From assembly GCF_006345805.1 (NCBI RefSeq), contig NC_043012.1:7378001-7442000 (forward strand): DNA of 64,000 bases, in the 5' to 3' direction. How positions within the stretch are numbered: position 1 is the first letter of the stretch; each line of letters starts with the position of its first letter. The notes beneath the pieces are model-generated. The model was not told the DNA's origin. It saw only the letters and a program-made list of their open reading frames with translations, and ran no database searches. This DNA comes from Octopus sinensis (Eukaryota). Positions 1 to 13,065 of the stretch are shown here, one piece after another. A program made the position numbers and the translations under genes.

Positions 1-242
1 CAGTCATTTGACTGCGGCCATGCTGGAGCACCGCCATTAGTCGAACAACTCGACCCCGGGACTTATTCTTTTGCAATCCCAGGACTTATTCTATCGGTCT
101 CTCTTGCCGATCGGGGACATAAGCACACCAGCATCGGTTGTCAAGCAATGCTAGGGGACACACAAATACACACTCAGTGGGACTGAACCCGCAACCATGT
201 GGTTGGTAGACAAGCTACTTACCACACAGCCACTCCTGCGCC
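1..242 (-). mobile_element. tRNA-derived SINE family A, internally deleted copy
   Basis: Reverse complement matches the head (AGGCGCAGGAGTGGCTGTGTGGTAAG..GGTTCAGTCCC) and tail (GGCGGTGCTCCAGCATGGCCGCAGTCAAATGACTG) of the full copies at 57797 and 59955. Confidence 0.85.
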
Positions 243-246
243 TATA

Positions 247-320
<74 letters not shown>

Positions 321-539
321 ATATATCTATATATCTATATATCTATACATATGTGTGTGTGTGTATATATATATATGTAGATGTATATATATATACATAT
401 ATAAAAAGATAAAGGTCTTTATTTTTCATGGACTTCAAAATTTGCCAGAAAATAATGGATCGTAGCAATCTTTGCTGCTATTTCTAGCATATTAAAATTG
501 CATGTTAAAGGGTAATTTTCTATTTTGAAATATATATAC

Positions 540-570
<31 letters not shown>

Positions 571-606
571 TGTATGTATGTATGTATGTATGTATGTATG
601 TATGTA

Positions 607-649
<43 letters not shown>

Positions 650-1981
650 GCGTGTGCGTGTGTGTGTCTGTGTGTGTGTTTGTCTGCGTGTATCTTTAAA
701 ATCTTCCGATTTTTGGTGACATATGAAATAGACATTTGGTTTTGTAACCGAAAAATGAAGCGAAAGAGGTTTAGCTACTGTAGCGTTCGATTGTATCTTT
801 TGCAGACAAACTGAACGACTCCATTTAATTTCATCAGAAAGTTACTTAAGATCTTCTTCTCTCTGTCTGTCTGTCTGTCTCTCTCTCTGTCTTTTACGCT
901 CTCTCTCTGTCTGTATTTAACTCACTATATAACATATGAGTTTCTCTCTCTCTCAATATAAAACTATTTTTCTCTATTATTACCCGTTGCTAAGCAACTC
1001 AGGGAAAAGGTGTGTGCGTGTGTGACTGTATTTTCAATTGTGTGTGTGTGTATGTGTGCGTTTGTGCCTTTCGACACCAGTGCGTGCGTAACGACACACA
1101 CACAAACGCCCACATACATACACACAAAATTGAAAATGCACAGTTACACACTCAAACACTCACACACAGAAACGAAAATACACACGCACACATAAATAAA
1201 AACAGTCACACATACACACTGAAATGAAAATACTCACACACACTCACATCACACTCACACACATGCACACATGCATACGGACAAACAACCCACACACACA
1301 CACAAAAAAAGGAAAATACACAGTTACACACTCACACACACACGCTCACACGCATACACTAGCGCACACACACACACACACACACACGTACAAGTAATGA
1401 ACTGGAAACACGCGCGCACGCAGACACAGAAATGAAAACACACATATGTGTGTGTGTTTGTGTGTGTGTATGTATGAATAGATTTGGTTGATGGAAACTG
1501 AAAGAAGCCCATCGTATATAAATGTATACATATATGTGTGTGTGAGTGTGTGTGTCTGTTTACCCCCCTCCCCCCTCCAACATCGCTTGACAAGAACCGC
1601 TAGGGTTAAAAATAATGTCTTGGGATTGATTTGCTCGACTAAATGCGGTGCTCCAGCATGGCCACAGTCAAATGACTGAAACAAGGAAAATCAAAACATA
1701 TATATATATATATATGTTCTTTTATTTTACTTGTTTCAGTCATTTGACTGTGGCCATGCTGGAGCACCGCATTTAGTCAAGCAAATCGATCAGGCCTTCA
1801 AGAAGGCTGTCCATATGCTAGAAATAGCAGGCAAAGTCGACCTCGGCGGAATTTGAACTCAGAGCGTAGCGGCAGCCGAAATACCTATTTCTTTACTACC
1901 CATAAGAGGCTAAACACAGAGGGGACAAACAAAGACAGACATACGGATTAAGGCGATTATATCGACGCCATTGCGTAACTG

Positions 1982-2056
<75 letters not shown>

Positions 2057-2142
2057 CAAATTGAGACAGGGTTTAATAAAGTATTATCTGATAATTGATT
2101 AATGATTTAGATGTATTTCTCCATTTTCTCATGTTGTATATG

Positions 2143-2184
<42 letters not shown>

Positions 2185-2199
2185 TAGATAAACTTAGAT

Positions 2200-3720
2200 A
2201 TGTTTCGAACAAAGATTGGTCCAGGCCATGTCTAACTTAATAGCACCACCTGATAGGATTATTCGAATCCTGTTTAAGTCAAGTTTTGTTTAAGTCAAGT
2301 TTTGTTCAAGTAGTGAGTTCTTGTTGGGTGAGTTATATCCAATTATGGGTGGCTTATCTGGTATTCTTTGAAGGAATCTATCCAGACTCTGTTTAAAGTT
2401 GATGGGATCCTTTTCCTCTTTGATCTCTCTCGGGACAATGTTAAATAGGGCAGGGCCTGTTGAGGAAAAGAAATTGTGCTGCAGTGTACATGTATGTTGT
2501 GATCTTGAATTGGGCAGGGGACGTATAGCCCGTGGTCCAAGTCTTGGATGAACCTTGAAGCTAATGTTTAGGTCGTTTGGGCAAAGTTGACGGTATATTT
2601 TCTACATCGTACAAATGATGTACCGCTCACGGCGACGCTGGAGGGAGTAAAGTTTCAAGGCTTTAAGGCGATCCCAATAATCGAGAGCAGCCATGCCTTC
2701 AATGCGTTTAGTGAGTGCCCTCTGGGGTGACTCAATTCTGGAGATGTTTTGTCTTGTGTGAGGAGACCACAGTGGGCAGCAGTATTCAAGTTGTGGCCGT
2801 ACAAAGGAGGAAAAAAGTGATATGATGACACCTTGTTCTCTGGACCGGAAAGTTCTTCAAATCCAGGAACTCATCCTACGAGCTATATCGACCTTCTTGT
2901 TGATGTGTGCACTCCAACTGAGATCGTCATCAACAATTACACCCAGGTCTCTGATATTGTCAGAGGCTGTGAGCGGTTCCCCTGAAGGAAGAGAGTATGG
3001 CTGTTTTAGTGAGGAGTTTCTTCCAAAATGCATCAGCTCAAATTTTCCCTCGTTCAGTTGCATTTTGTTTCTGTCTGCCCATTGACTCACAGCATATAGA
3101 TCAGACTGGAGTTCAGTTCGGTCTGCTTCTTCATTGACGATTTGCTGGAGTTGGTGTCATCAGCAAATATTTTCACTTTGCAGTAATGTACGACACTGGA
3201 AAGGTCGTTTATGTTGATTATGAAGAGTAGCGGACCCAAGACAGTCCCCTGGGGAACACCGCTGGTGACTTTTGCTGGGCTTGAGTGGACTCCATCAACT
3301 ACAACATGTGTTCTATTCGCCAGGAAATACTTAATCCAGTGTAGAACTTTTCCACGGATTCCAACATTTGCCAATTTTGAGAGTAGGATATTATGGTCTA
3401 CCCTGTCGAACGCTTTACTGAAGTCAAGATATATGACATCAGAGTTCGAACCTGTTCCCAAGGCTTTGAGTACATCTTCAATGTGGTGTAAGAGCTGTGT
3501 TAGACAGTCCCTGCCACAGCGAAAGCCATGCTGATTTGCATTTAGTAGTTTCTGGGTCTCCAGGAAGTCAGCCATCCTTGATCTTAACACTCTTTCAAAC
3601 TTTGATGATGATGTGGGAGGTGAGTGAGATTGGGCGATAGTTGAGTGCGAGGGATCCGTTTCCCTGTTTGAAAACCGGGATGATTGACTGGGATAGAAAC
3701 TGTTTTGGTATATAACCTGC
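2200..3720 (-). mobile_element. CR1-group LINE, 5'-truncated ORF2 reverse transcriptase fragment
   Basis: Motifs QHGFR..RDCLTQL, YLDFSKAFDRVDH, SGVPQGTVLGPLLF, FADD and IRDLGV in ORFs 3087-3722 and 2857-3090; frameshifted. Confidence 0.9.
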
Positions 3721-4268
3721 ATCTAATGAATTCCTCCATAGGTTGGTCAGTGGGACAGCAAGTTGGTGTTTACATTCCTTCAGGAGACTAACGGGGAATC
3801 TATCAGGGCCTACGGCAGAGTAGTATTTGACCTCATTTATTGCTGCTACGATGCAGTGGGAGTGAAGGTTATGTCTGCAATTTTGTGTTGGGAGTCACTA
3901 AAGACAGCAGTATTGTTTCTGCAATATATACAGAGAGAGAAACATGTATATACATATAGATATTTATATATATGTATATGTGTGTATGTTTCGGTGTCCC
4001 CAAAACCGCTGGACAACCAATGCCGGTGTTTTTTACACTCCATTAACTTATCCGTTCGGGAAAAGAAGACCAACAGAATTAATACTAGACTGACGCAGAT
4101 AAAAGTCTTAGTGTCGATTTGCTCTAGAAAAGGCTGTGCTCCAGCATTGGCACAGTGAAATGACTAAACAAGGAAAAGAGTAAAAGTGTATGCGTTACGT
4201 CTGAACATTGTATTGTAGAGTTAATTAGCTTCCATAATACATTTTGATGATAGTTGTCACATAACTAA

Positions 4269-4620
4269 ATGTAAGGGAGGTAACTTTTGAAGATTTTTAG
4301 TTATCTCCCTTTCTAGACTTACTCCCCTTGAATATTATAATTTATCAATAGATAATAGTAATTTAATAAGATGTAAGGGAAGTAACTCTGGAAGATTTTA
4401 AAGCTATCTTCCTTCGTAGAGTTACTTACCATGCATATTTAATTAATAATAATATGCAAGGGGAGTAACTCTAGAAAGGGAAATAATTAAAAAAAATCTT
4501 CCAGAGTTACCTCCCTTACATCTAATAAAATTTTATGTATTATTAAATTATAATATTCAAGGGAAGTAACTCTAGAAAGGGAAATAGGTACAAAATTTTC
4601 TAGAGTTACTTCCCTTACAT
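4269..4620. repeat. ~350-bp foldback/palindromic element built from AAGGGA(G/A)GTAACTCT motifs
   Basis: Starts ATGTAAGGGAGGTAACT and ends AGTTACTTCCCTTACAT; each arm has two ~100-bp subunits; a partial relative lies at ~10820-11015. Confidence 0.75.
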
Positions 4621-4636
4621 GTTATTACGTTACAAT

Positions 4637-4740
4637 TAGGGTTTAGGGTTAGGTTTAGGGTTAAGGTTGGGGTTAGGGTTTAAGGTTAAGGGTTTAGGGT
4701 TAGGGTTAGTGTTTAAGGTTAGGGGTTGGGGTTAAGGGTT
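4637..4740 (+). repeat. Degenerate (TTAGGG)n interstitial telomeric tract
   Basis: Run of TTAGGG/TTTAGGG/TTAAGG/TTGGGG units. Confidence 0.9.
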
Positions 4741-5475
4741 CTTCAAGAGATGCACTTAATGTTGCGTGTGTCCGTGTTTTCTGGTCGCAATTTTGAACCA
4801 TTCGTAAAGCATCAGGTAGACTTGTTTTACAGCGTCAATAGACTCATCATCAATTTTCAGTTCAGTTGTATCAACTCCTAAAAAATAGCTGCGAAATACG
4901 CACAATAAGAAATAAATGCAACAACCTTAACAATATTAACAATAATATATAAAGATGTGTGTTGTTATAAACATAACAAAGAAACTATTTCAAGAGAGAA
5001 ATATAAAAATATAGCTAAGAAACAAGAAAACTATAAGACATTGTTATTTATATCTTTATAAATCCGAGTAAAATTACATAATGGATTTTAAAAAACAGAA
5101 AAAATGAAATAAAATTTATGTTCCTGAAACAGAAAACTGAAACAGAATGTATACTCATACGTGTGTGTATTGTGTCGATGTATATATAATAAAAAAACAG
5201 TCTATATATTTATTCTGGCGACAAGTGCGAGTGTCAATAGTTTATTATACATTGATTCGTATATGGCTTCCTTTATTGAATTCTAATTTAGAAAGATTGA
5301 AATCAATTCACTATTCACGAGTGAGTTCATATTCTTATGTATATGTACATATAAACACATTAAACAAGAAAGAATGTCTTCATGTATTGTCATGCGTGTG
5401 TTTATATGTGTGTGCGTGTGTTATATTAGTTCTCAACAAGACATATTGGTACAAGGTTATCAAGGTAACAATGTC

Positions 5476-5510
<35 letters not shown>

Positions 5511-5764
5511 GTTCTGAGTTCAAATTCCGCCGAGGGGTCCTACCGGGGTCGATTAAATAAGTACCAGTTACGCGCTGGGGTCGATGTAATCGAATTCTGG
5601 TTTGCACGCACAACGGTAGGAACCTAGGATATTCTGACATATGGCACCATAACGACAAGGATTCCTTAAACACTCGTTGATGTCTGAAAAATGAAGCAGA
5701 AATTTTATTATTTTCAAAATTATTTGAAGCAAAGAAAGAGTATTTCAATGGAAATTGAGCCTTA

Positions 5765-6908
5765 ACTCTACCCCTAACCCCTAACCCGAACCCCTTCTGT
5801 AACACTGAACCCCCGAGACCACTTCTGTGACCACCCGAGACCCCATCTGTGACCCCACTTCTAGAGACTAACCCAAACCCCTGACCATGTGAGCCCCTCA
5901 TCCCTGTGACAAGCGACACCCCTTCCTGTGCCCAACCAATTCCGGAGACCCCACCAATTCCGGAGACCCCACCAATTCCCGAGACCCCAACAATTCCCGA
6001 GACTAACACTAACCCTAACTCTAACCCGAACACCTTCTGTAACCCTGAACCCCCGAGACCACTTTTGTGACCACCCGAGACCCCATCTGTGACCCAACTT
6101 CCAGAGACTAACCCAAACCCCTGACCATGTGAGCCCCTCATCCCTGTGACAAGCGAGACCCCTTCCTGTGCCCAACCAATTCCGGAGACCCCACCAATTC
6201 CGTAGACCCCACCAATTCCTGAGACTAACCCTAACCCTAACCCAACCTAACCCCTTCTGTAACCCTGAACCCCCGAGACCACTTTTGTGACCACCCGAGA
6301 CCCCATCTGTGACCCAACTTCCAGAGACTAACCCAAACCCCTGACCATGTGAGCCCCTCATCCCTGTGACAAGCGAGACCCCTTCCTGTGCCCAACCAAT
6401 TCCGGAGACCCCACCAATTCCGTAGACCCCACCAATTCCCGAGACCCCAACAATTCCCGAGACTAACACTAACCCTAACTCTAACCCGAACCCCTTCTGT
6501 AACCCTGAACCCCCGAGACCACTTTTGTGACCACCCGAGACCCCATCTGTGACCCAACTTCCAGAGACTAACCCAAACCCCTGACCATGTGAGCCCCTCA
6601 TCCCTGTGACAAGCGAGACCCCTTCCTGTGCCCAACCAATTCCGGAGACCCCACCAATTCCCGAGACCCCACCAATTCCCGAGACTAACCCTAACCCTAA
6701 CCCTAACCCTAACCCCTTCTTTAACCCTGAACCCCCGAGACCACTTTTGTGACCACCCGAGACCCCATCTGTGACCCAACTCCAGAGACTAACCCAAACC
6801 ACTGACCATGTCAGCCCCTCATCCCTGTGACAAGCGAGACCCCTTCCTGTGCCCACCCAATTCCGGAGACCCCACCAATTCCGGAGACCCCACCAATTCC
6901 CGAGACTA
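5765..6908 (-). repeat. Telomere-associated satellite, 5 units of ~220-240 bp separated by short (CCCTAA)n runs
   Basis: Unit starts at ~5791, 6031, 6251, 6491 and 6713; internal 18-bp subrepeat CCCCACCAATTCC(C/G)GAGA occurs 3-4 times per unit. Confidence 0.95.
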
Positions 6909-7226
6909 ACCCTAACCCAACCCTAACCCCTAACCCTAACCCTAACCCAACCCCTAACCCTAACCCAACCCCTAACCCTAACCCTAACCCCAACCCTAAC
7001 CCTAAACCCTAACCCAACCCCAACCCTAAACCCTAAACCCTAACCCTAGCCCTAACCCTAGCCCTAAACCCTAACCCAACCCCAACCCTAAACCCTAAAC
7101 CCTAACCCTAGCCCTAACCCTAGCCCTAAACCCTAACCCAACCCCTAACCCAACCCAACCCCAACCCTAACCCCTAACCCCAACCCTAACCCAACCCAAC
7201 CCTAAACCCCAACCCCAACCCTAACC
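6906..7226 (-). repeat. Degenerate (CCCTAA)n telomeric array
   Basis: ~320 bp of CCCTAA/CCCCAA/CCCTAG/CCCTAAA variants. Confidence 0.95.
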
Positions 7227-9300
7227 CACGAATATAGATACACACAAAGACGCAATCTCGTACCTATTTATGTTTTAAATATGTCGACCTTAAAACTGCG
7301 ACATTCTGGAAACACACGTCCACACCCATGCACATAGATACATGCATATATGCTAACTCGTAGCTATTTATGTTTTAAACATGTTGACCTTTAAACCGTG
7401 ACATTCTGTGTCTGTTTGTGCGCGCATTTCTGTGAGAATGATTACTCACGAACCGCAATGCGATGAGTTCAAACCAACAGCGTTGCACCCTCAGTAAGTG
7501 TATTCAACTATAGCCTTGGGCCGACCAAAGTATGCTGAGTGGAGTTAGTAGAGGGAAACTAAAAGAAGCCCGTCGTATATATGAATATCGGCGTAGCAGT
7601 GGCTATGTTGTAAGTAGTTCGCTTGCGAACCACATGGTTCGGTGTTCACTCCCACTGCCTGTCATCTTATGCCATTGTCTACTACTGTACCCCAAGGCCG
7701 ACCTAATCCTTGTGATTGGATTTAGTGGAATGAAACTGAAAAAATACCATCGTATATATGTTTAAATGTATGTGTATGTGTGTGTGTGTGTTTGTTTGTT
7801 CACACTCGAAGGGCACACGAAAATGCACGCACGTACTATCACACATACAGATGCAAGTTTTCTTAATAAAACGGAAAGAACTCCCGTTCCATCCCTTACA
7901 GTTTCTTTTTTGTTTTAGACACTACATATACGTGCGTGGGTATATACACGTATATCTGTATGTGTATGTCTGGGTAAAACAGACTTTCGCGGTTGGGTCA
8001 CATTAGCCGAGGCGACCACCTTGGATATGTGTGGACTGTCCTCACACACGCACAAATACCCACACTTCCGCACTCATGCACATAAATACCTGCAAAGCTA
8101 TTTTATGTTTTAAATATGTTGACCGTAAAACCGTGACATTCTAAAAAAATTTTATGAGTGTCTGGGTCAGCCATATTATTTGTTTTCATCTGTGTCTGTT
8201 TGCACTCGCGCATGTGTGTGAGAGTGTTTTCTCACCAGCCTCAATGTGCTGGGTTCAATCCAACAGCGTGGCACCTTCGGCAAGTATATTCAACTATACC
8301 CCCGGGCCGACAAAAGTATTCTGAATAGGGTTGGTAGAGGGAAACTGAAAGATGACCGTCATATATATGAATATCGGCGCAGGAATGGCTATGTGGTAAG
8401 TAGTGTGCTTACGAACCACATGGTTTCAGTTTCATTCCCACTGCCTCGCATCTTGTCCAATCGTCTTCTAAACCTAACCCTAATCCATTCCAGCCTATTA
8501 TTATTCGAACACTATTTACGTTTCCTAATGTTAAATTGTATTAGTATCAATCAACGGATGTAACTCTTGTCAAGTAGGGATGTAGAGGGAGTTACTTTCC
8601 TTGGTTTGAGATTCATTTTTATATTTAAGTGCTGTAAGTTTAAATGCCAAAGGGAGATAAATCTATGAGTTAGGGTTAAATGTGTGTATTTCCATTTCTG
8701 TGTGTGCGAATACGTGCTTTCATATACATGTGTGTATGTGTGTGTATATATATATATATGTCTAGGTCCCCGTAATTTAGAGGTTCAGCGAAAGAGACTG
8801 TTAGAATAAGTACTAGACCTACAAAGAATAATCCTGGGTTCGATATGCTCGACTGAAGGTGTTGTTCCAGCATGGCCACAGTTAAATGACTGAAACAAGT
8901 AATTGAGAGTAAAAGAGTAAATAGCGGCAAAAGTCTATAACCTGTTCACTAGGGGGATAGCTGAAAATATCTCCTAAACGTCATATAATACGTTTCATGT
9001 TGTAATTTCTGTAATAGGTGTGTTCGTTTTACGACTGCTAAAGAAGACACGACCATGCGCACACCAACAGAGACACATACACATCCAAGTAATCTGCTGG
9101 TACCTTTAACAAATAAACATTGACTAGCTGATCATTTACATTTCACTACACCCCAGAAATATATAAGTAATAATGTTATCTAGTACTACCCTTCGGAGAT
9201 AAGTTTCTTTATTGTTTCAGATAGGATATATGCGTGTGTGGGTATATACACGTATATCTGTATGTATGTATGTATATATATATATATATATATACATATA

Positions 9301-9340
<40 letters not shown>

Positions 9341-9480
9341 CTGGAGTGCCGCCTTTAGTCGAGCACATCGTCCACAGCACGTATTCTTTGTAAGCCTAGT
9401 ATTTATTCTAACTTGTTCTCTTTTGCCGAACTGCTAAAATACAGGGAATAAAACACACCAGCATCGGTTAAAAACATCAA

Positions 9481-9610
9481 CAACTACAGTCAATCGAAGA
9501 TAATGACCAAACTGTCTACTCTTATCCACCAGTTCCAACACGATTTAACAAAAAAGGAGACAAATTGCTTGACTAGACTTGACTGCAAAGCCAGTAATGT
9601 CTATGGACTT
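9481..9610 (+). mobile_element. Penelope-like element RT N-terminal fragment
   Basis: Translates as SKIMTKLSTLIHQFQHDLTKKETNCLTRLDCKASNVYGL, resembling the region just before the PLE 'YGLPKIHK' motif. Confidence 0.5.
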
Positions 9611-11201
9611 AAACAAAACCTGTAACAAGTTGCAATAAATTGAACTTCTTTTCATTCAGCAGTTAGTGATTTTCAAATGTGGGTATCTTAGAGATGCTTA
9701 AAGTGTTTGTTGTAGCTGTAATTGTCGCACACACACAAACGAATAAAAACACACAGACGCTCACACACACGTACACACACAAATAAAAACATTCACACAG
9801 ACACAAAGACTGAAATGAAAATACCAAAACACACACAAATAAAAACAGTCCCACGCACACAAACACTGAAAAAAATACTCACACACTCACATACGCACAA
9901 ACACACACAGAGAAGTGAAAATACACAGCTACATATTCACACACTCAAACACGCGGACAAATAGAGAAAAGAAAACAGTTACATACGCACACACTCGAAG
10001 ACACAGAAAAGAAAACACTCACACAGACACATGCACAAACACACAGACATACACATATAGAAATGAAAAATACAGTTACACATCCAAACTCTCACACACT
10101 CACACACGCACACAGAAATGAAAATAGTCACACACACACTCACACATAAAACCCTAACCCTAACTAGCACAAACATACAATTTATTCAGAATGTAAAGGG
10201 GCATTGGGTGCTTTCCACTCGCAGTTAGAATATCATCCCCCTCCACGCCAGTATGAGAATTTCTTTCATCCACTTGTGAAATTAATACATTGTCGACACA
10301 TGGGAAAAATATGAGCAACATCTCAAGTCACTAAAGGTGCAATAAATTGAACTTATTTTGATTTAGTAGTTAGTGATCTCAAATGTGGATATCTTAGCAA
10401 TGGTCAAAGTGTTTGTTGTACTTGTAAGTGTCGCACACACACACAAACAAATAGAAACACTCAGTCGCTCACACACTCGCGCACACAGAAATAAAAACAC
10501 TCTCACACACACACACACAAACACTGAAATGAAAATACCCGCACTCACATAAATAAAAACAGTCCCACACACAAAAGTTTCTAGTATCTTTCTTAGCCCA
10601 TAATTTATGATAATTGAAGTTCTTACAATAAATAAATACCTACTAAATCAGTACATCGAACATTACGTCCCCGTAACTTATCGGATCTGCAAAAGAGACC
10701 TATACGTTAAGTAATAGGCATACAAAGAATAATTCCTGTGGTTGATTTGCTTGACTAAAGGCGGTGCTCCACCATGGTCACAGTGAAATAACTGAAAGAA
10801 TATATTACAATAACTAGATACTTAAGGGAGATAACTACAAAGTATCTTCTACAGTTACTTCCCTTGAATATTATATTTTAACAATAATAAAATAATATTT
10901 AAGGAAATTAATTCTCGGCAGGGAGATAACTAGATAACATCTTCCAGAGTTACTTTCCTTACATATAATTATATTACTTTTATTAAATTATAATGTGCAG
11001 AGGGAAATAACTCTCGAAAATATTATTCAGACATGACACACTTTTACGATTTTTTGGAGTTTAACTGCTCTCTCTAGTGAGTCGGATGTCTCATTATTGC
11101 CATCCCTTATATATTTAAATATCTATATGTATATACATATATCTGTCAATATATACCTATGTCTCTCTCTCTGTATATATATATATATATACATACATAT
11201 A

Positions 11202-11246
<45 letters not shown>

Positions 11247-12088
11247 CTATCTATATACCATGGGCTACTTTCTGTTTCCGTGTACCAAATCTACTCAGAA
11301 ATGTTGGTCTGTCCGAGGCTATATTGGAAGACACTTGCCCATGGGGCCACGTAGTTGGACTGAACCAGAATCACCGTGTTTGGAAAGGAAGCTACATACC
11401 AAAGACACTCTTACTGCTACATACATATGTATATATATATACGACAGTCTTCTTTTAGTTTCCGTCTCCCAAATCCACTCACAAGGCTTTCGTCGGCCCG
11501 AGACTATAGTAGAAGACATTTGCCCAACATGCCACCCAGTGGGACTGAACTCGGAAACATTTGTTAGGTAAGCAAGCTAATTCCCATTCAGACACTACTG
11601 TTTGTTAACCGGACAAGTTCAAGGTGAGCCCTAGTTGTTTGTATGTAAATGAGTTCATTAATGGGGTCCGGAACTTTCGCGGCTTGTTCCCATAAGACAA
11701 TGCAACCACCTTGCGTATAGGTGGACTGTGCTCACACACGCACAAACACCTACACGTCCGCATTCACGAATATAGATACATGCAAAGACGCAATCTCGTA
11801 CCTATTTATGTTTTAAATATGTTGATCTTAAAACTGTGACATTCTGGAAACACACGTCCGCACCAATGCATATAGATACATGCATATACGCAAACTCGTA
11901 GCTATTTATGTTTTAAATATGTTGACCTTTAAACCGTGACATTCTGTGTCTGTTTGTGCGCGCATTTCTGTGAGAATGATTGCTTACGAACCGTAAATTT
12001 TTGAGTCAATCCGACGGGATGTAGTGGCCTTTAAACCGTTCCAGACAAACAAACAAACAAACTTTGCGCATTTCAGTTTTATAAGTAG

Positions 12089-12134
<46 letters not shown>

Positions 12135-12138
12135 TGCT

Positions 12139-12301
12139 AGGCGTAGGAGCGGCTTTGTGATAAGTAGCTTGCTTACGAACCGCAGTGTTCTGGCTTTAGT
12201 CCCACTGCGTGGAACCTTGGACAAGTGTCTTCAACTATAGCCTCGGGGTGACCAAAGCCTTGTGAATAGATTTCGTAGACGGAAACTAAAAAAAGCCCAT
12301 C

Positions 12302-12332
<31 letters not shown>

Positions 12333-12537
12333 CATATATATATACATACATATACGTTTGTATGCCTCTTTTTCCATCGAACATCGCTTGACAAACGATG
12401 CTGCTGTTTTCATGCACCCGTAACTGAACGGTTCAGCAAAAGAGAATAGGTCCTGGGCTCTATTTGTTTGACTGAAGGCGGTGCTCCAACATGGCCGCAG
12501 TCAAATAACTGAAAGTAGCAAAAGTGAGTGAAAGAGT
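12139..12537 (+). mobile_element. SINE family A, near full length
   Basis: tRNA-like head, central block, internal (TA)n and GGCGGTGCTCC..GCAGTCAAAT tail. Confidence 0.85.
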
Positions 12538-12630
12538 AATTAGCGAAAACAGTGTATATTCTGTTGTGTCTGGGGAGAGTCTTTCTCTTTTAGTGCCTTA
12601 TTATTAAATACACACTCACCAGTAAAAATT

Positions 12631-13065
12631 CAAGGAGTGATATTAGTAGAGGCCACAGCCCATGGAGAACTAGCCCATAGATTTAGAAAAGCTCGGAAAG
12701 AGACCAAACTCAACATTAAAATTGTTGAAAATCCAAGGAACTCCGTCAGGTCACAATTATGAAGGACATGCCCGTTTAAGAATACCATATGCACAATTGA
12801 TAACTGCATGACATGTAGAATTAGCCCTGGTATTAACTGTAGAACTCGAAATGTAGTTTACAATATAAGATGCATAGAAAGTGTTTGTAAGGACATGAAC
12901 ATGATGTACATTAAGGAGACATCTAAGAGCATTGTGGAACGGATAAATGAACATCTAAGACAACTTGACAACAGAAAACAGTCTTCTATACTCTACCAAC
13001 ATGCCAAAGACCACCATGGAGATAACTTGGGTCAACTTGACATCCGCATCTTATCTAAGCACCCA
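12631..13065 (+). mobile_element. Penelope-like (Naiad/Neptune-type) linker plus GIY-YIG endonuclease fragment
   Basis: VILVEATAHGEL..IKIVE..CTIDNCMTC..CRTRNVVYNIRC..YIKETSKSIVERINEH..HAKDHH. Confidence 0.85.

Noticed and set aside
5791-6908. CRISPR-like array, or tandem Athena-type pLTRs
   Set aside because: Eukaryotic DNA with no unique spacers; no hammerhead core found in the unit.
5380-6993. Long Gly-rich ORFs (GVSGIG repeats) as a structural protein
   Set aside because: They are translations of the G-rich satellite. Two frames are open for compositional reasons, one unit length breaks frame, and there is no splice or signal-peptide evidence.
10179-10331. Exon-like segment with AG/GT boundaries on the minus strand
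   Set aside because: Stops in all frames from the acceptor and no recognisable domain.
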